In this document: positions 9,987 through 19,092 of the stretch, piece by piece | Layout of the letters: every line of letters begins with the position of its first letter | Numbering within the stretch: the first letter of the stretch is position 1 | NCBI GenBank assembly: GCA_963850035.1 | Contig: CAWKJP010000022.1 | Coordinates: 12,164-76,163, forward strand | Reading direction: 5' to 3' | DNA from: an uncultured Chloroflexia bacterium | GTDB taxonomy: Bacteria > Chloroflexota > Limnocylindria > Limnocylindrales > CSP1-4 | Length of the DNA stretch: 64,000 bases | Made by a program: the position numbers and the translations under genes | Notes under the pieces: generated by a model | Told to the model about the DNA's origin: nothing | The model's database searches: none | Seen by the model: only the letters and a program-made list of their open reading frames with translations

Positions 9987-10081
9987 GCCCGGCATCGGGC
10001 GTGCGTCCGCGGTCGTCACGCCCGCCGTCGCGTCACCCTGCACGCATCGCGGCTCCCGCCACGCTCGAGGTCTCCGGCCCG

Positions 10082-10087
10082 TACAAT
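10082..10087 (+). promoter_or_regulatory. candidate -10 hexamer of a leaderless promoter (TACAAT-N7-GTG, LysM protein)
   Basis: Near-consensus TACAAT 7 nt upstream of GTG 10095. Confidence 0.5.
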
Positions 10088-10094
10088 CCGGCGC

Positions 10095-11120
10095 GTGCCG
10101 AAGCCACACCCCTACCGACCCAGGCGCTCTCGCTCCGGAGACGTTGCCGGGACCCCTGGGACCACCCCTGCCGCCGGGGAAGGCCTCGGCGCAGAGGCCG
10201 CCGCCGCCGCGGAGGCCGCGGCCGAAGCAGCGGCCGAGGCGGAAGCCGCCTCGTGGAGCAATCCGCCCGTCAGCCCGGGCGTCGCGACGGCGGCAGGACC
10301 GATCGACGAACCGCCCGGCTGGTTCCGCGACGAGCCGCTCGCGGAACCAGCCGAAGCCCCCATCGCGCCGGCCGCAGGCGGCGCAGCTACCGTGCCGGTC
10401 GCCGCCGTCGTCTCGGGGACGGCCGCCGCGGTATTCGGCACGGCCGCCGCCGCGTCCGGTACCGCCGTGGCCGCGTCCGGCACGGCCGCCGCCCCGGAGG
10501 CGATCGCTCCGGCCGCCGTGGCCGAAGGCGAGGAGGCCGAGGAACCTGACGGGGAGGTCGAGGACGGCGAGCTCGCGTCGACGCCGGCTTCCGGGACGAT
10601 CTATCGAACAGCCCCGCCACTGCCCGAGGATGCCGCGGACCGGCCGCGCCGCCGGTCGCCCATCGTCTCCGTCCTGATCGGCCTCGTGATCCTCGTGATC
10701 GTCGGGGCGGGCGGCTTCGGGATCGGCATGGCCCTGCCGCTGCTCATCCCGCTCCCGGCCGGCGACACATCGGTCGCATCCCCGGTTCCGAGCGCCGGCG
10801 CTCCGTCCGCGACGCCCGGCCCGAGCGCGGGCGCGTCGTCCACGCCGGGCCCGTCGCCATCATCCGCGGCGAGCGCGTCACCGATCCCGACCGCAACGGC
10901 TCGCACGTACGTCGTCGTCCGGGGCGATCAGCTCGGGAGGATCGCGGCGACGTTCGGCGTCACGCTGCAGGCGCTCGAGGCCGCGAACGGGATCGCGAAC
11001 CCGAACCTGATCATCCCTGGCCAGAAGCTCATCATCCCGCCGCCGTCTGCCGCGCCGGGCGCGTCGACCCCGGCGTCGCCCGGCGGGTCCCCGGGGGCGT
11101 CGCCGAGCGCCGCGCCGTAG
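10095..11120 (+). CDS. LysM domain-containing membrane-anchored protein with Ala-rich repeats
   Basis: C-terminal TYVVVRGDQLGRIAATFGVTLQALEAANGIANPNLIIPGQKLIIP is a LysM motif. Single TM helix IVSVLIGLVILVIVGAGGFGIG. EAAA and SGTAAA(V/A) repeats. Confidence 0.8.
   Translation: MPKPHPYRPRRSRSGDVAGTPGTTPAAGEGLGAEAAAAAEAAAEAAAEAEAASWSNPPVSPGVATAAGPIDEPPGWFRDEPLAEPAEAPIAPAAGGAATVPVAAVVSGTAAAVFGTAAAASGTAVAASGTAAAPEAIAPAAVAEGEEAEEPDGEVEDGELASTPASGTIYRTAPPLPEDAADRPRRRSPIVSVLIGLVILVIVGAGGFGIGMALPLLIPLPAGDTSVASPVPSAGAPSATPGPSAGASSTPGPSPSSAASASPIPTATARTYVVVRGDQLGRIAATFGVTLQALEAANGIANPNLIIPGQKLIIPPPSAAPGASTPASPGGSPGASPSAAP
10412..10495 (+). repeat. 21-bp in-frame tandem repeat (4 copies) in the LysM protein gene
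   Basis: Encodes SGTAAAV / FGTAAAA / SGTAVAA / SGTAAAP. Confidence 0.8.
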
Positions 11121-11240
11121 CCCGCGGCGGCCCGGCGCGGCCGCGTGCGATGGGTGCGGGCGAGCCCAGGACCTCCGCCGCGAGCCCCGATGCGTCGCCT
11201 TCGCGGGTCTGCGGTCTGCCGTCTCGTCGCGGCTCGACGG

Positions 11241-12029
11241 TCAGCCGCTGGAGTCCGGGTTGGGGACCCCCAGGATGTTGAAGCCGCCGTCCACGTGGAC
11301 CGTCTCGCCGGTGACCTGGCCGGAGAGGCCGGAGGCCAGCCAGACCGCCGTGCCCGCGACGTCCTCGATCGTGATGCTCGCGCGCAGCGGAGCCACGGAG
11401 CGAAATGCATCGTGCATCTGCCGGAACCCCGCGATCCCGTGCGCGGCGATCGTCCGGATCGGGCCGGCCGAGATCGCGTTCACGCGCACGCCCTCGGGCC
11501 CGAGGTCGGCGGCGAGATACCGCACGCTCGCCTCAAGGGCCGCCTTGGCCACGCCCATGACGTTGTAGTGCGCGACGACCTTCTCGGCCCCGTAGTAGCT
11601 GAGCGTGAGGATGCTCGACCCGGGCGCCATGTGCGGCCGCGCCTCCCGGGCGAGCGCGACGAGCGAGTAGACGCTGACGTCGAGAGCGAGCGCGAACCCG
11701 CCGCGTGACGTGTCGACGAAGAGGCCGTCGAGATCGGCGCGGTCGGCGAACGCGAGCGCGTGCACGAGGATGTCCAGCCGCCCGACCTCCGCGCCCCAGC
11801 GGTCGAAGACGGCCCGCACCTGCGCGTCGTCCCGCACGTCGCAGGGCTCGATGAACGTCGATCCGATCCGGTCCGCCAGCGGGCGGACGCGCCGCTCGAT
11901 CAGGCTCTCGATCGAGCTGAACCCCACGTTGGCGCCCTGGTCATGGAACGCCTTCGCGATGCCCCACGCGATCGAGTGGTCGTTCGCGACCCCGAAGACG
12001 AGGGCGTTCTTGCCGTCGAGCAGGCCCAT
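11241..12029 (-). CDS. fabI: enoyl-[acyl-carrier-protein] reductase (NADH), FabI type
   Basis: MGLLDGKNALVFGVANDHSIAWGIAKA... and YYGAEKVVAHYNVMGVAKAALE (Tyr/Lys catalytic pattern of FabI SDRs). ATG at 12029 inside ORF 11241..12230. Confidence 0.9.
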   Translation of the reverse strand: MGLLDGKNALVFGVANDHSIAWGIAKAFHDQGANVGFSSIESLIERRVRPLADRIGSTFIEPCDVRDDAQVRAVFDRWGAEVGRLDILVHALAFADRADLDGLFVDTSRGGFALALDVSVYSLVALAREARPHMAPGSSILTLSYYGAEKVVAHYNVMGVAKAALEASVRYLAADLGPEGVRVNAISAGPIRTIAAHGIAGFRQMHDAFRSVAPLRASITIEDVAGTAVWLASGLSGQVTGETVHVDGGFNILGVPNPDSSG

Positions 12030-12237
12030 CGGTCGCCATCCCCCGCGTGCGGTGCGCGCCGCCGGGCCGGCGCGCTGTCGCGCCATCCTACCCGGGCTGC
12101 GTGCCGGCGCGGGTCGAGCCGTTCCGTGGCGGGCCTGCCGGCCGCTCCCGGTCGCGGCGCTGCCGGTGGCGCCTGCTCGCGCCGCAGGCTCGCTGCGCCT
12201 GCTCGCGGCGGGGGCCATGGGAGGCCCCACCGGCTGC

Positions 12238-12243
12238 TAGTGT
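12238..12243 (+). promoter_or_regulatory. candidate -10 hexamer of a leaderless promoter (TAGTGT-N7-ATG, HAD hydrolase)
   Basis: TANNNT hexamer 7 nt upstream of ATG 12251. Confidence 0.45.
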
Positions 12244-12250
12244 CGCGCTG

Positions 12251-13165
12251 ATGAATGCGAGGGGTTCCAGGGCAGACCGATCCGCCGCCAACCGGACGCT
12301 CCGCGAGGTGCTTGCGGGCGTCCGGGGGTTCGTGCTCGACGCCGACGGCGTCCTGGTGCTCCGCGGGGCAGCCCTGCCCGGCGCGGCGGAGGCGCTTGCC
12401 CGGCTCGAGGCGAAGGGCATCCCGTTCCGGATCGCCACGAACTTCTCGGGTGCCCACCGCGGGACGCTCGCGGCGCGGTTCCGGGCGGACGGCCTTTCCA
12501 TCCCCGACGACCGGGTCGTCACCGCGGCCAGCGCCACCGCCGCCCACACGGCGGCCGCCTTTCCCGGCCGGCCGCTCTTCGTCATCACGAAGCCGGACGG
12601 TCGCCGCGAGTTCGAGGGGCAGCACCTCATGCGCTACGAGGACGCCGACGCGCCCGGGGCGCTCGCCGCCGCCGTCGTGATCGGCGATGGCGCCGACGAC
12701 CTGAGCTTCGCGAACCTCGACCGTGCCTTCCGGCTCATCCGCGGCGGCGCCGCGCTCCTTGCGATGCACCAGAATCCATGGTGGTTCACGTCCCGTGGCC
12801 CGACTCTCGACAGCGGCGCCTTCGTCGCCGCGCTCGAGTTCGCAACCGGCGCGCACGCGGTGCTGTGCGGCAAGCCCGGCCCGATCATGTTCCGCACCGC
12901 GCTCGCCGGCCTCGCCGCCGATCTGGGGCGCCGGGTCGCCGCTCGGGACGTGGTGATGGTCGGGGACGATCCCGGCCAGGACATCGCCGGGGCACGGCGC
13001 CTGGGCATGCGCGGCATCCTCGTCCTGACCGGCAAGACGAGCGCGGCGGAGGCTGCCGCACTCTTCGGTGTCCCGCGGCTCGGGACGCCCGTCGTCCGCC
13101 GATCGCGGGCCATCCCGGACGCGGTCGCACCCTCGCTGGCGGATCTCGTCGCCGCGCTAGACTGA
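12251..13165 (+). CDS. HAD-IIA family hydrolase (NagD-like phosphatase)
   Basis: FVLDADGVL (motif I), CGKPGP, VMVGDDPGQDI (motif IV). ATG 12251 within ORF 12047..13165, preceded by TAGTGT-N7. Confidence 0.75.
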   Translation: MNARGSRADRSAANRTLREVLAGVRGFVLDADGVLVLRGAALPGAAEALARLEAKGIPFRIATNFSGAHRGTLAARFRADGLSIPDDRVVTAASATAAHTAAAFPGRPLFVITKPDGRREFEGQHLMRYEDADAPGALAAAVVIGDGADDLSFANLDRAFRLIRGGAALLAMHQNPWWFTSRGPTLDSGAFVAALEFATGAHAVLCGKPGPIMFRTALAGLAADLGRRVAARDVVMVGDDPGQDIAGARRLGMRGILVLTGKTSAAEAAALFGVPRLGTPVVRRSRAIPDAVAPSLADLVAALD

Positions 13166-13282
13166 CGGCCAAACCGGACCAAATTACCGGCGTCCTGGCG
13201 CCGTCCCGATCGCGCCTGCGGGTCCTTCGCGACGCGCCACGTCCGCGCCCGGTTCGCCGGCACCGCACGAGGGGGATGGCCG

Positions 13283-14848
13283 ATGGCCGAGCGGATCAAG
13301 ATCACCTACGCGACGCTCCGCAACGACAACGAGGAGCTCCACGGGCTGTACGAGGCGGGCGTCGTCCGTGCGCGGGCGCGCCTCGGGGCATACCACCGGA
13401 ACCTTATCGACGGCGTCGGTCGGGACGGCGACGGCCTCTTCGAGCTTCGATCGCCGATCGACGACCGGGTGCTCGTCGGCACGTTCGCGCGGGGAACTGC
13501 CGACGACGTCCGCGACGCGATCGCCGCGGCCAGGGCCGCCCAGCCGGCCTGGCGGGCGCTGCCGTGGCGCGACCGGCTGGCGATCCTCCGTCGCGCGGCG
13601 GAGCTGATCTCCGAACGGCAGATGGAGTACGCGGCGCTCATGGCGATCGAGGTCGGCAAGAACCGCCTCGAAGCGCTCGGCGAGGTCGAGGAGGCAGCCG
13701 ACCTCCTGCGGTACTACGCGGACATCTTCGAACGCAACAACGGCTACGACCACCCGATGGACAACCTGGGCGATCCTGCCGTCCACACCCGCTCGATCCT
13801 GCGGCCGTACGGCGTGTTCGCGGTCATCTCGCCGTTCAACTTCCCGATGGCGCTCGCGGCAGGCCCCTCGGCAGGAGCCCTCGCCGGTGGCAACACGGTG
13901 GTCTTCAAGCCTGCCTCGGCCGGCGCCATGACCGGCGTCCTGCTCGCCGAGGCGCTCGTCGACGCCGGGATCCCGGCCGGCGTGTTCAACCTCGTCATGG
14001 GACCCGGGTCGACGGTCGGCGAGGAGCTCCAGGCGAACCCGGGGATCGACGGGATCGTTTTCACGGGCTCGTTCGACGTGGGCTTCGAGCTCTTCCGGCG
14101 GTTCTCGACGCGGTTCCCGAAGCCGTGCATCGTGGAGATGGGCGGCAAGAACCCGGCGATCGTGACGGCCAAGGCGGACCTCGAGGAGGCCGCCGAGGGG
14201 ATCGTCCGGTCCGCGTTCGGCTTCGGGGGACAGAAGTGCTCCGCGAACAGCCGTGTCTATGTCGAACGACCGGCGCGGGACGAGCTTGTCAGGCTCATGG
14301 TGCAGAAGGCCGAGAAGATCACGATCGGCGATCCGCTGCTGCGCGAGAACTGGCTCGGGCCGCTGATCGACAGCCGGGCGGTGGACCGCTATCGCGGGGC
14401 GATCGACGAGGCCCGGCACGACGGGCAGGTCCTCATCGGCGGCGAGATCCTGACCGAGGGGACGCTCCGCCACGGCTTCTACGTGGAGCCGGCCATCGTG
14501 GAGGTGCCACCGTCGCACCGCCTCTTCCGCGACGAGCTGTTCGTGCCGCTCACGGCCGTCGCCGCGGTCGACTCGCTGGGCGAGGCGATCGCCCTGTCGA
14601 ACCAAAGCGCGTTCGGCCTGACGGCCGGCGTCTACAGCCAGGACCGGGCAGAGGTGGAGCAGTTTTTCGACGGGATCGAGGCGGGCGTGCTGTACGTGAA
14701 CCGCGAGGCCGGTGCCACGACCGGGGCGTGGCCGGGCGTCCAGGCGTTCGGCGGCTGGAAGGCCTCGGGGAGCACCGGCAAGGCCGGCCTGTCGATGTAT
14801 TACCCGGTCCAGTTCATGCGCGAGCAGAGCCACACCGTGGTCGACTGA
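13283..14848 (+). CDS. pruA: aldehyde dehydrogenase, RocA/PruA-type (L-glutamate gamma-semialdehyde / 1-pyrroline-5-carboxylate dehydrogenase-like)
   Basis: ISPFNFPMAL, EMGGKN, catalytic GQKCSA. The C-terminal tail TGAWPGVQAFGGWKASGSTGKAG is characteristic of the RocA clade. Confidence 0.75.
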   Translation: MAERIKITYATLRNDNEELHGLYEAGVVRARARLGAYHRNLIDGVGRDGDGLFELRSPIDDRVLVGTFARGTADDVRDAIAAARAAQPAWRALPWRDRLAILRRAAELISERQMEYAALMAIEVGKNRLEALGEVEEAADLLRYYADIFERNNGYDHPMDNLGDPAVHTRSILRPYGVFAVISPFNFPMALAAGPSAGALAGGNTVVFKPASAGAMTGVLLAEALVDAGIPAGVFNLVMGPGSTVGEELQANPGIDGIVFTGSFDVGFELFRRFSTRFPKPCIVEMGGKNPAIVTAKADLEEAAEGIVRSAFGFGGQKCSANSRVYVERPARDELVRLMVQKAEKITIGDPLLRENWLGPLIDSRAVDRYRGAIDEARHDGQVLIGGEILTEGTLRHGFYVEPAIVEVPPSHRLFRDELFVPLTAVAAVDSLGEAIALSNQSAFGLTAGVYSQDRAEVEQFFDGIEAGVLYVNREAGATTGAWPGVQAFGGWKASGSTGKAGLSMYYPVQFMREQSHTVVD

Positions 14849-14975
14849 CCCGGGCGCGGCCGAGGTCGCCGCCGCGCTCCGGGCGCCGCGCCGTCGCCCG
14901 GCATCTCCATCGCGGGCCGTGCCCACACGCGCCGAGGCCGGGAATCGCGGGCCCGGCCCGGCTATACTCGCGGTA

Positions 14976-15008
14976 TCCAGACTGCATAGTTTCTATGCGT
15001 TCCAGACT
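14976..15008. promoter_or_regulatory. composite AT-richer motif: TCCAGACT - GCATAG TTT CTATGC - GT - TCCAGACT
   Basis: Perfect 6-bp-arm palindrome (14984-14998) flanked by identical 8-bp direct repeats. Lies 49 bp upstream of ATG 15057. TATACT at 14963-14968 could be a -10 element. Confidence 0.4.
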
Positions 15009-15056
15009 TCGCCGCGTGCCCACGCGACGAAGCCGCTCGTTCCCCGGAGGTGCTCC

Positions 15057-16382
15057 ATGAGTCACGCGGCAGTCCGCGATGTCGCGCTGACCGGTGTTCC
15101 GGACGACCACGGCTCGGGCGTCGACGCGCCGCACCTCGTGACCGAGCTTCCCGGTCCGAAGGCACGTGCCCACATCGCGTTCGACGAGCGGTATACATCG
15201 CCCTCGCTGCCGCGCGCGTACCCAATCGTCCCGGTCCGCGGCCGGGGCTCCGTGATCGAGGACATCGACGGGAACCGCTTCCTGGACTTCTGTGCCGGCA
15301 TCGCCGTCAACGTCACCGGGCACTGCCACCCCAAGGTCGTCGCCGCCATCGAGGAGCAGGCAGCGCAGCTGCTCCACTACAGCGCGTCCGACTTCTACCT
15401 GCCGATCTATGCGCACCTCGCCGCAGAGCTCGAGCGGATCGCGCCGATGCAGGGCCCGACGCGCGTCTTCCTGGGTAACTCCGGCACCGAGGTGGTGGAG
15501 GCGGCGATGAAGCTCGCCCGCCACGCCACGGGACGCCAGTACATCGTGGGCTTCCTGGGCGCCTTCCACGGCCGCACGTTCGGGAGCGTCAGCCTCACGG
15601 CCTCGAAGGCCAAGTACCACGCCAACTTCGGGCCGATGCTGCCGGGCATCTACCACGTTCCGTTCGGGTCGGCGGGGCTCGACGAGCTGGAGCAGCGAGT
15701 CTTCCACCGTCTGGTTCCCGCGAACGAGGTCGCGGCGATCGTCGTCGAGCCGATCCAGGGCGAGGGCGGGATCCAGGTCCCCGACGCCGAGTTCCTGCCG
15801 CGGCTGCGCCGCATCTGCGACCAGCACGGGATCCTCCTCGTCGCGGACGAGGTGCAGAGCGGCATGGGCCGGACCGGCCGCATGTGGGCGATCCAGCATT
15901 GGGACGTCGAGCCGGACGTGGTCCTGACCGCGAAAGGCCTCGCCTCCGGGATGCCGATCGGCGCGATGATCGCCCGGGAGCACCTGATGACCTGGTCAGC
16001 CGGTGCGCACGGCTCGACGTTCGGCGGGAACCCGGTCAGCTGTGCGGCCGCGCTCGCCACGATCACCCTCCTCGAGGAGGGCCTCATGGACAACGCGACC
16101 GCGCGCGGCACGCAGATGCAGGCCGCGTTGACGCCGCTGGTGGCCGCGTACCCGGACCGGGTCCGGGAGGTGCGTGGCAGGGGCCTTCTCGTCGGGGTCC
16201 AGTTCGACTCGGGCGCGACGGCTGCCGCGGTGGAGCACGCCGCGTTCCTGCGCGGGCTGATGGTCCTGACCGCAGGGGACGACGTCATCCGGATGTCGCC
16301 CCCGCTCGTGGTCACGGAGGCCGAGATCGCCACCGGCTGCCGCGTCTTCGCGGAGTCCGTCGCCGACGTGGCGGGCCGCTGA
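15057..16382 (+). CDS. class III PLP-dependent aminotransferase (GabT / ornithine aminotransferase-like)
   Basis: ATG 15057 with GGAGG 7-11 nt upstream. LVADEVQSGMGRTGRMWA, TAKGLASGMPIGA (Schiff-base Lys region), GSTFGGNP. Confidence 0.85.
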   Translation: MSHAAVRDVALTGVPDDHGSGVDAPHLVTELPGPKARAHIAFDERYTSPSLPRAYPIVPVRGRGSVIEDIDGNRFLDFCAGIAVNVTGHCHPKVVAAIEEQAAQLLHYSASDFYLPIYAHLAAELERIAPMQGPTRVFLGNSGTEVVEAAMKLARHATGRQYIVGFLGAFHGRTFGSVSLTASKAKYHANFGPMLPGIYHVPFGSAGLDELEQRVFHRLVPANEVAAIVVEPIQGEGGIQVPDAEFLPRLRRICDQHGILLVADEVQSGMGRTGRMWAIQHWDVEPDVVLTAKGLASGMPIGAMIAREHLMTWSAGAHGSTFGGNPVSCAAALATITLLEEGLMDNATARGTQMQAALTPLVAAYPDRVREVRGRGLLVGVQFDSGATAAAVEHAAFLRGLMVLTAGDDVIRMSPPLVVTEAEIATGCRVFAESVADVAGR

Positions 16383-16390
16383 GCACGACC

Positions 16391-17311
16391 ATGGCCGGCT
16401 CGAAGGTCGCAACGATGCGGGACGCGATCGCCGCGCTCGTGCGAGACGGCGACACCGTGGCGATCGAGGGGTTCACGCACCTCATCAGCTTCGCCGCGGG
16501 GCACGAGATCATCCGGCAGCGCCGGCGCGACCTGGTGCTCGCGCGGATGACGCCCGACCTGATCTACGACCAGATGGTCGCGGCCGGTGTCGCGCGCAAG
16601 CTCATCTTCAGCTGGCTCGGGAATCCCGGGGTCGGCGGGCTCAACGCGATCCGGCGTGTCACGGAGGGCGCCGACACGTCGCTCGAGCTCGAGGAGTACA
16701 GCCATTTCGGGATGGTCGCGCGCTACGCGGCCGGGGCGGCGAACCTTCCCTTCATGCCGCTCCGCTCGTACTTCGAGACGGACCTGCCTGTCGCAAACCC
16801 CCTGATCCGGCCGATCGAGAGCCCCTACGGCGACGGGACCGTCTACGCCGTGCCGCCGTTGAAGCCGGACGTCACCGTGATCCACGCCCAGCGCGCCGAT
16901 GCGGCCGGCAACACGCAGGTCTGGGGCCTCCTCGGCTGCCAGAAGGAGGCCGCGTTCGCGGCCGAGCGGGTGATCGTGGTGGTGGAGGAGCTCGTCGACG
17001 AGGCCGTGATCAGGGCCGACCCGAACCGGACCATCGTGCCGGGGATCGTCGTGGATGCGGTCGTGGTCGAGCCCTGGGGTGCCCACCCCTCGTACGTCCA
17101 GGGCCGCTACGACCGCGACAACCGGTTCTACCGCGACTGGGACCCGATCAGCCGGGATCCCGCAGCCACCGCGGACTGGCTGCGCGACTGGGTCTACGAT
17201 CTCGACGGCCGCGCCGCCTACGCGGACAAGCTCGGCCCCGACCGACTCCGTTCGCTCCTGCCCAGCGGCTCCGCGCCGTCCGGCGTCGTCGACTACGGGG
17301 AGTACCGCTGA
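16391..17311 (+). CDS. CoA-transferase subunit A (glutaconate/3-oxoacid CoA-transferase family)
   Basis: MRDAIAALVRDGDTVAIEGF..., VTVIHAQRADAAGNTQVWG. Followed by the subunit B gene with a TGATG overlap. Confidence 0.8.
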   Translation: MAGSKVATMRDAIAALVRDGDTVAIEGFTHLISFAAGHEIIRQRRRDLVLARMTPDLIYDQMVAAGVARKLIFSWLGNPGVGGLNAIRRVTEGADTSLELEEYSHFGMVARYAAGAANLPFMPLRSYFETDLPVANPLIRPIESPYGDGTVYAVPPLKPDVTVIHAQRADAAGNTQVWGLLGCQKEAAFAAERVIVVVEELVDEAVIRADPNRTIVPGIVVDAVVVEPWGAHPSYVQGRYDRDNRFYRDWDPISRDPAATADWLRDWVYDLDGRAAYADKLGPDRLRSLLPSGSAPSGVVDYGEYR

Positions 17312-18198
17312 TGGCCGAGCAGCGCCCCGGCGACGCCACCCCGTCCGCGGCCGCCGGGCCGAATATCCCGGCCGCGGCCGCTGTCTCGGCCGCGGCCGCC
17401 ACGCCGAGCCTCCCTGTCGCGAGCGCGGCCGCGTTCTCGAAGTCCGAGATGATGATCGTCGCGGCCGCACGGGAGCTCGCCGGGCAGCGGGTCTGCTTCG
17501 TGGGCGTCGGCCTCCCGAACATCGCCGTGAACCTTGCCAAGCGCACGGTGGCGCCCGACATGGAGCTGGTCTACGAGGCGGGTGTCTTCGGGGCCCGACC
17601 GGCCCGGCTTCCGCTCTCGATCGGCGACCCGACGATCGTGACGGGCGCGACGGCCGTCACGAGCATGTGGGAGCTCTTCGCGTTCTACCTGCAGGGCGGC
17701 CTCATCGACGTCGGCTTCCTGGGCGCAGCCCAGATCGACCGCTTCGGCAACATCAACACCACGGTGATCGGCGACTACGCGCATCCCCGAACGCGCCTTC
17801 CCGGCTCGGGCGGCGCCTGCGAGATCGCGATCAACGCCCGCCAGATCTTCGTGATCATGCGTCAGTCGGCGCGCTCGTTCGTCGAGCGAATCGACTTCCG
17901 GACCTCTCCCGGGAACCTGGGCGGCGCCGAGAAGTCCGAGCGGATCCGGCGCGAGCAGGGCTGGCTGGGACGCGGCCCTTCCGTCGTCGTCACGGACCTC
18001 GGGATCTGGCACTTCGACGAGACCGGCGAGATGCGGCTCGACTTCCTCCACCCGGGCGCGACCCTCGACGAGGTCCGAGCGGCGCTCGGCTGGGAGCCGC
18101 ACGTCTCCCCGTCGCTGGCGCTGACGCCCCCGCCCACGTCGGAGGAGCTCCGGCTGATCCGCGAGGAGCTGGATCCGGAGGGGATGTACACGAGGTAG
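17311..18198 (+). CDS. CoA-transferase subunit B
   Basis: SEMMIVAAARELAGQRVCFVGVGLPN..., GAAQIDRFGNINTTVIGDY..., LPGSGGACEIA. Ala-rich N-terminal extension. Confidence 0.8.
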   Translation: MAEQRPGDATPSAAAGPNIPAAAAVSAAAATPSLPVASAAAFSKSEMMIVAAARELAGQRVCFVGVGLPNIAVNLAKRTVAPDMELVYEAGVFGARPARLPLSIGDPTIVTGATAVTSMWELFAFYLQGGLIDVGFLGAAQIDRFGNINTTVIGDYAHPRTRLPGSGGACEIAINARQIFVIMRQSARSFVERIDFRTSPGNLGGAEKSERIRREQGWLGRGPSVVVTDLGIWHFDETGEMRLDFLHPGATLDEVRAALGWEPHVSPSLALTPPPTSEELRLIREELDPEGMYTR

Positions 18199-18311
18199 GC
18201 GCGAGGCGCCGAATTCGGCGTGCTTGCGTGGGCGGGCCTGTGGGTCCGGGGTCCCCAGGAGCCAGTGCGCGGATGGCGTTGTCGCCGTCGCGCGACGTCG
18301 GGTTTCGCGCG

Positions 18312-18580
18312 GCAGTCGCCGGAGTGCTGCTATGTCCGCGCCGCGCCGGGCTCGCGCGGGCGCCAGTCGCCGTGCCGCGCGATCCCGTGCACAACGTGCG
18401 TGCGAACCCAGGCTGGGTGTACCGAGAGGCCATCGCGACGCGCGCATACCAGCAGCCGGGGTGCTGGGACGTGCGGGCGGACCGCCTCAGCCGCGATATC
18501 AGCCCCCGGGGTGCTGAGACGCGCCGGCCGAACAGCGCGGCGGCTATAGCAGCGCACCGGGTGCTGCGACGTGCGGACGC
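18312..18580. repeat. REP-like hairpin repeats: three copies phased exactly 50 bp apart plus one upstream degenerate copy
   Basis: Hairpins CCAGCAgccggggTGCTGG (18449-18467), TCAGCccccggggtGCTGA (18499-18517), GCAGCGCaccggGTGCTGC (18549-18567) and GCAGTcgccggagtGCTGC (18312-18330). Each of the three phased copies is preceded by ATA and followed by GACG(T/C)GC. Confidence 0.7.
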
Positions 18581-18633
18581 AACCACCGCGAGGCGGACGC
18601 GCCGAGCCGCGCCCGGGCGCCAGGCCCGCGAGA

Positions 18634-19050
18634 TCAGCCCGACGAACTCGACAGCACGTGGGTGGGCCGCACGACCATGACCGGGCATCGGGCATGCCGG
18701 ACCACGTGATCCGAGACGCTGCCCAGGAAGAGGCGCCCGACCGTGCCGCGCTCGTGCGTCCCCACGACGATGAGGTCGGCGTGCTCGGCGACTGCTGCCT
18801 CGACGATCGCCTCGCCGGCGTCGCCGTCCCACGTCAGGCCCTCCGCCGTCGCGCCGCCGGCCCGCGCGCGCTGGACGATGCCCTCGACCGCGACGAGGCG
18901 GCTGGCTCGCACCTCCGGCGAGCCGGACACGGCCGAGACGACCACGAGCCGGCTGCCCATTCGCGCGGCCAGCTCGATGGCCTGCTCCTCGGCGGCTTCC
19001 GACGCGCGCGAGGCGTCGGTGGCGAGAAGGATGGTCTCGATGTGCGCCAT
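18634..19050 (-). CDS. universal stress protein (UspA family)
   Basis: ILLATDASRASEAA..., LIVVGTHERGTVGRLFLGSVSDHVVRHARCPVMVV (USP ATP-binding Gly motif). Confidence 0.85.
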   Translation of the reverse strand: MAHIETILLATDASRASEAAEEQAIELAARMGSRLVVVSAVSGSPEVRASRLVAVEGIVQRARAGGATAEGLTWDGDAGEAIVEAAVAEHADLIVVGTHERGTVGRLFLGSVSDHVVRHARCPVMVVRPTHVLSSSSG

Positions 19051-19092
19051 GATCAGGTCGTCCCGTCTTCGGTGCTGCGCCCCGGAGGGCGC

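Noticed and set aside
18207-18220. 14-bp palindrome CGCCGAATTCGGCG right after the CoA-transferase B stop, considered as an intrinsic terminator.
   Set aside because: The stem is only 5 bp once a loop is allowed, and the downstream tract (TGCTTGCGTG) is a poor U-run. Too weak to report as a feature.
18446-18595. The 50-bp-phased repeats considered as a small CRISPR array.
   Set aside because: There are only 3-4 copies. The repeats are degenerate rather than near-identical. The repeat/spacer proportions are atypical (about 30 nt repeat, about 20 nt spacer), and no cas genes occur in the window. Kept as REP-like hairpin repeats instead.
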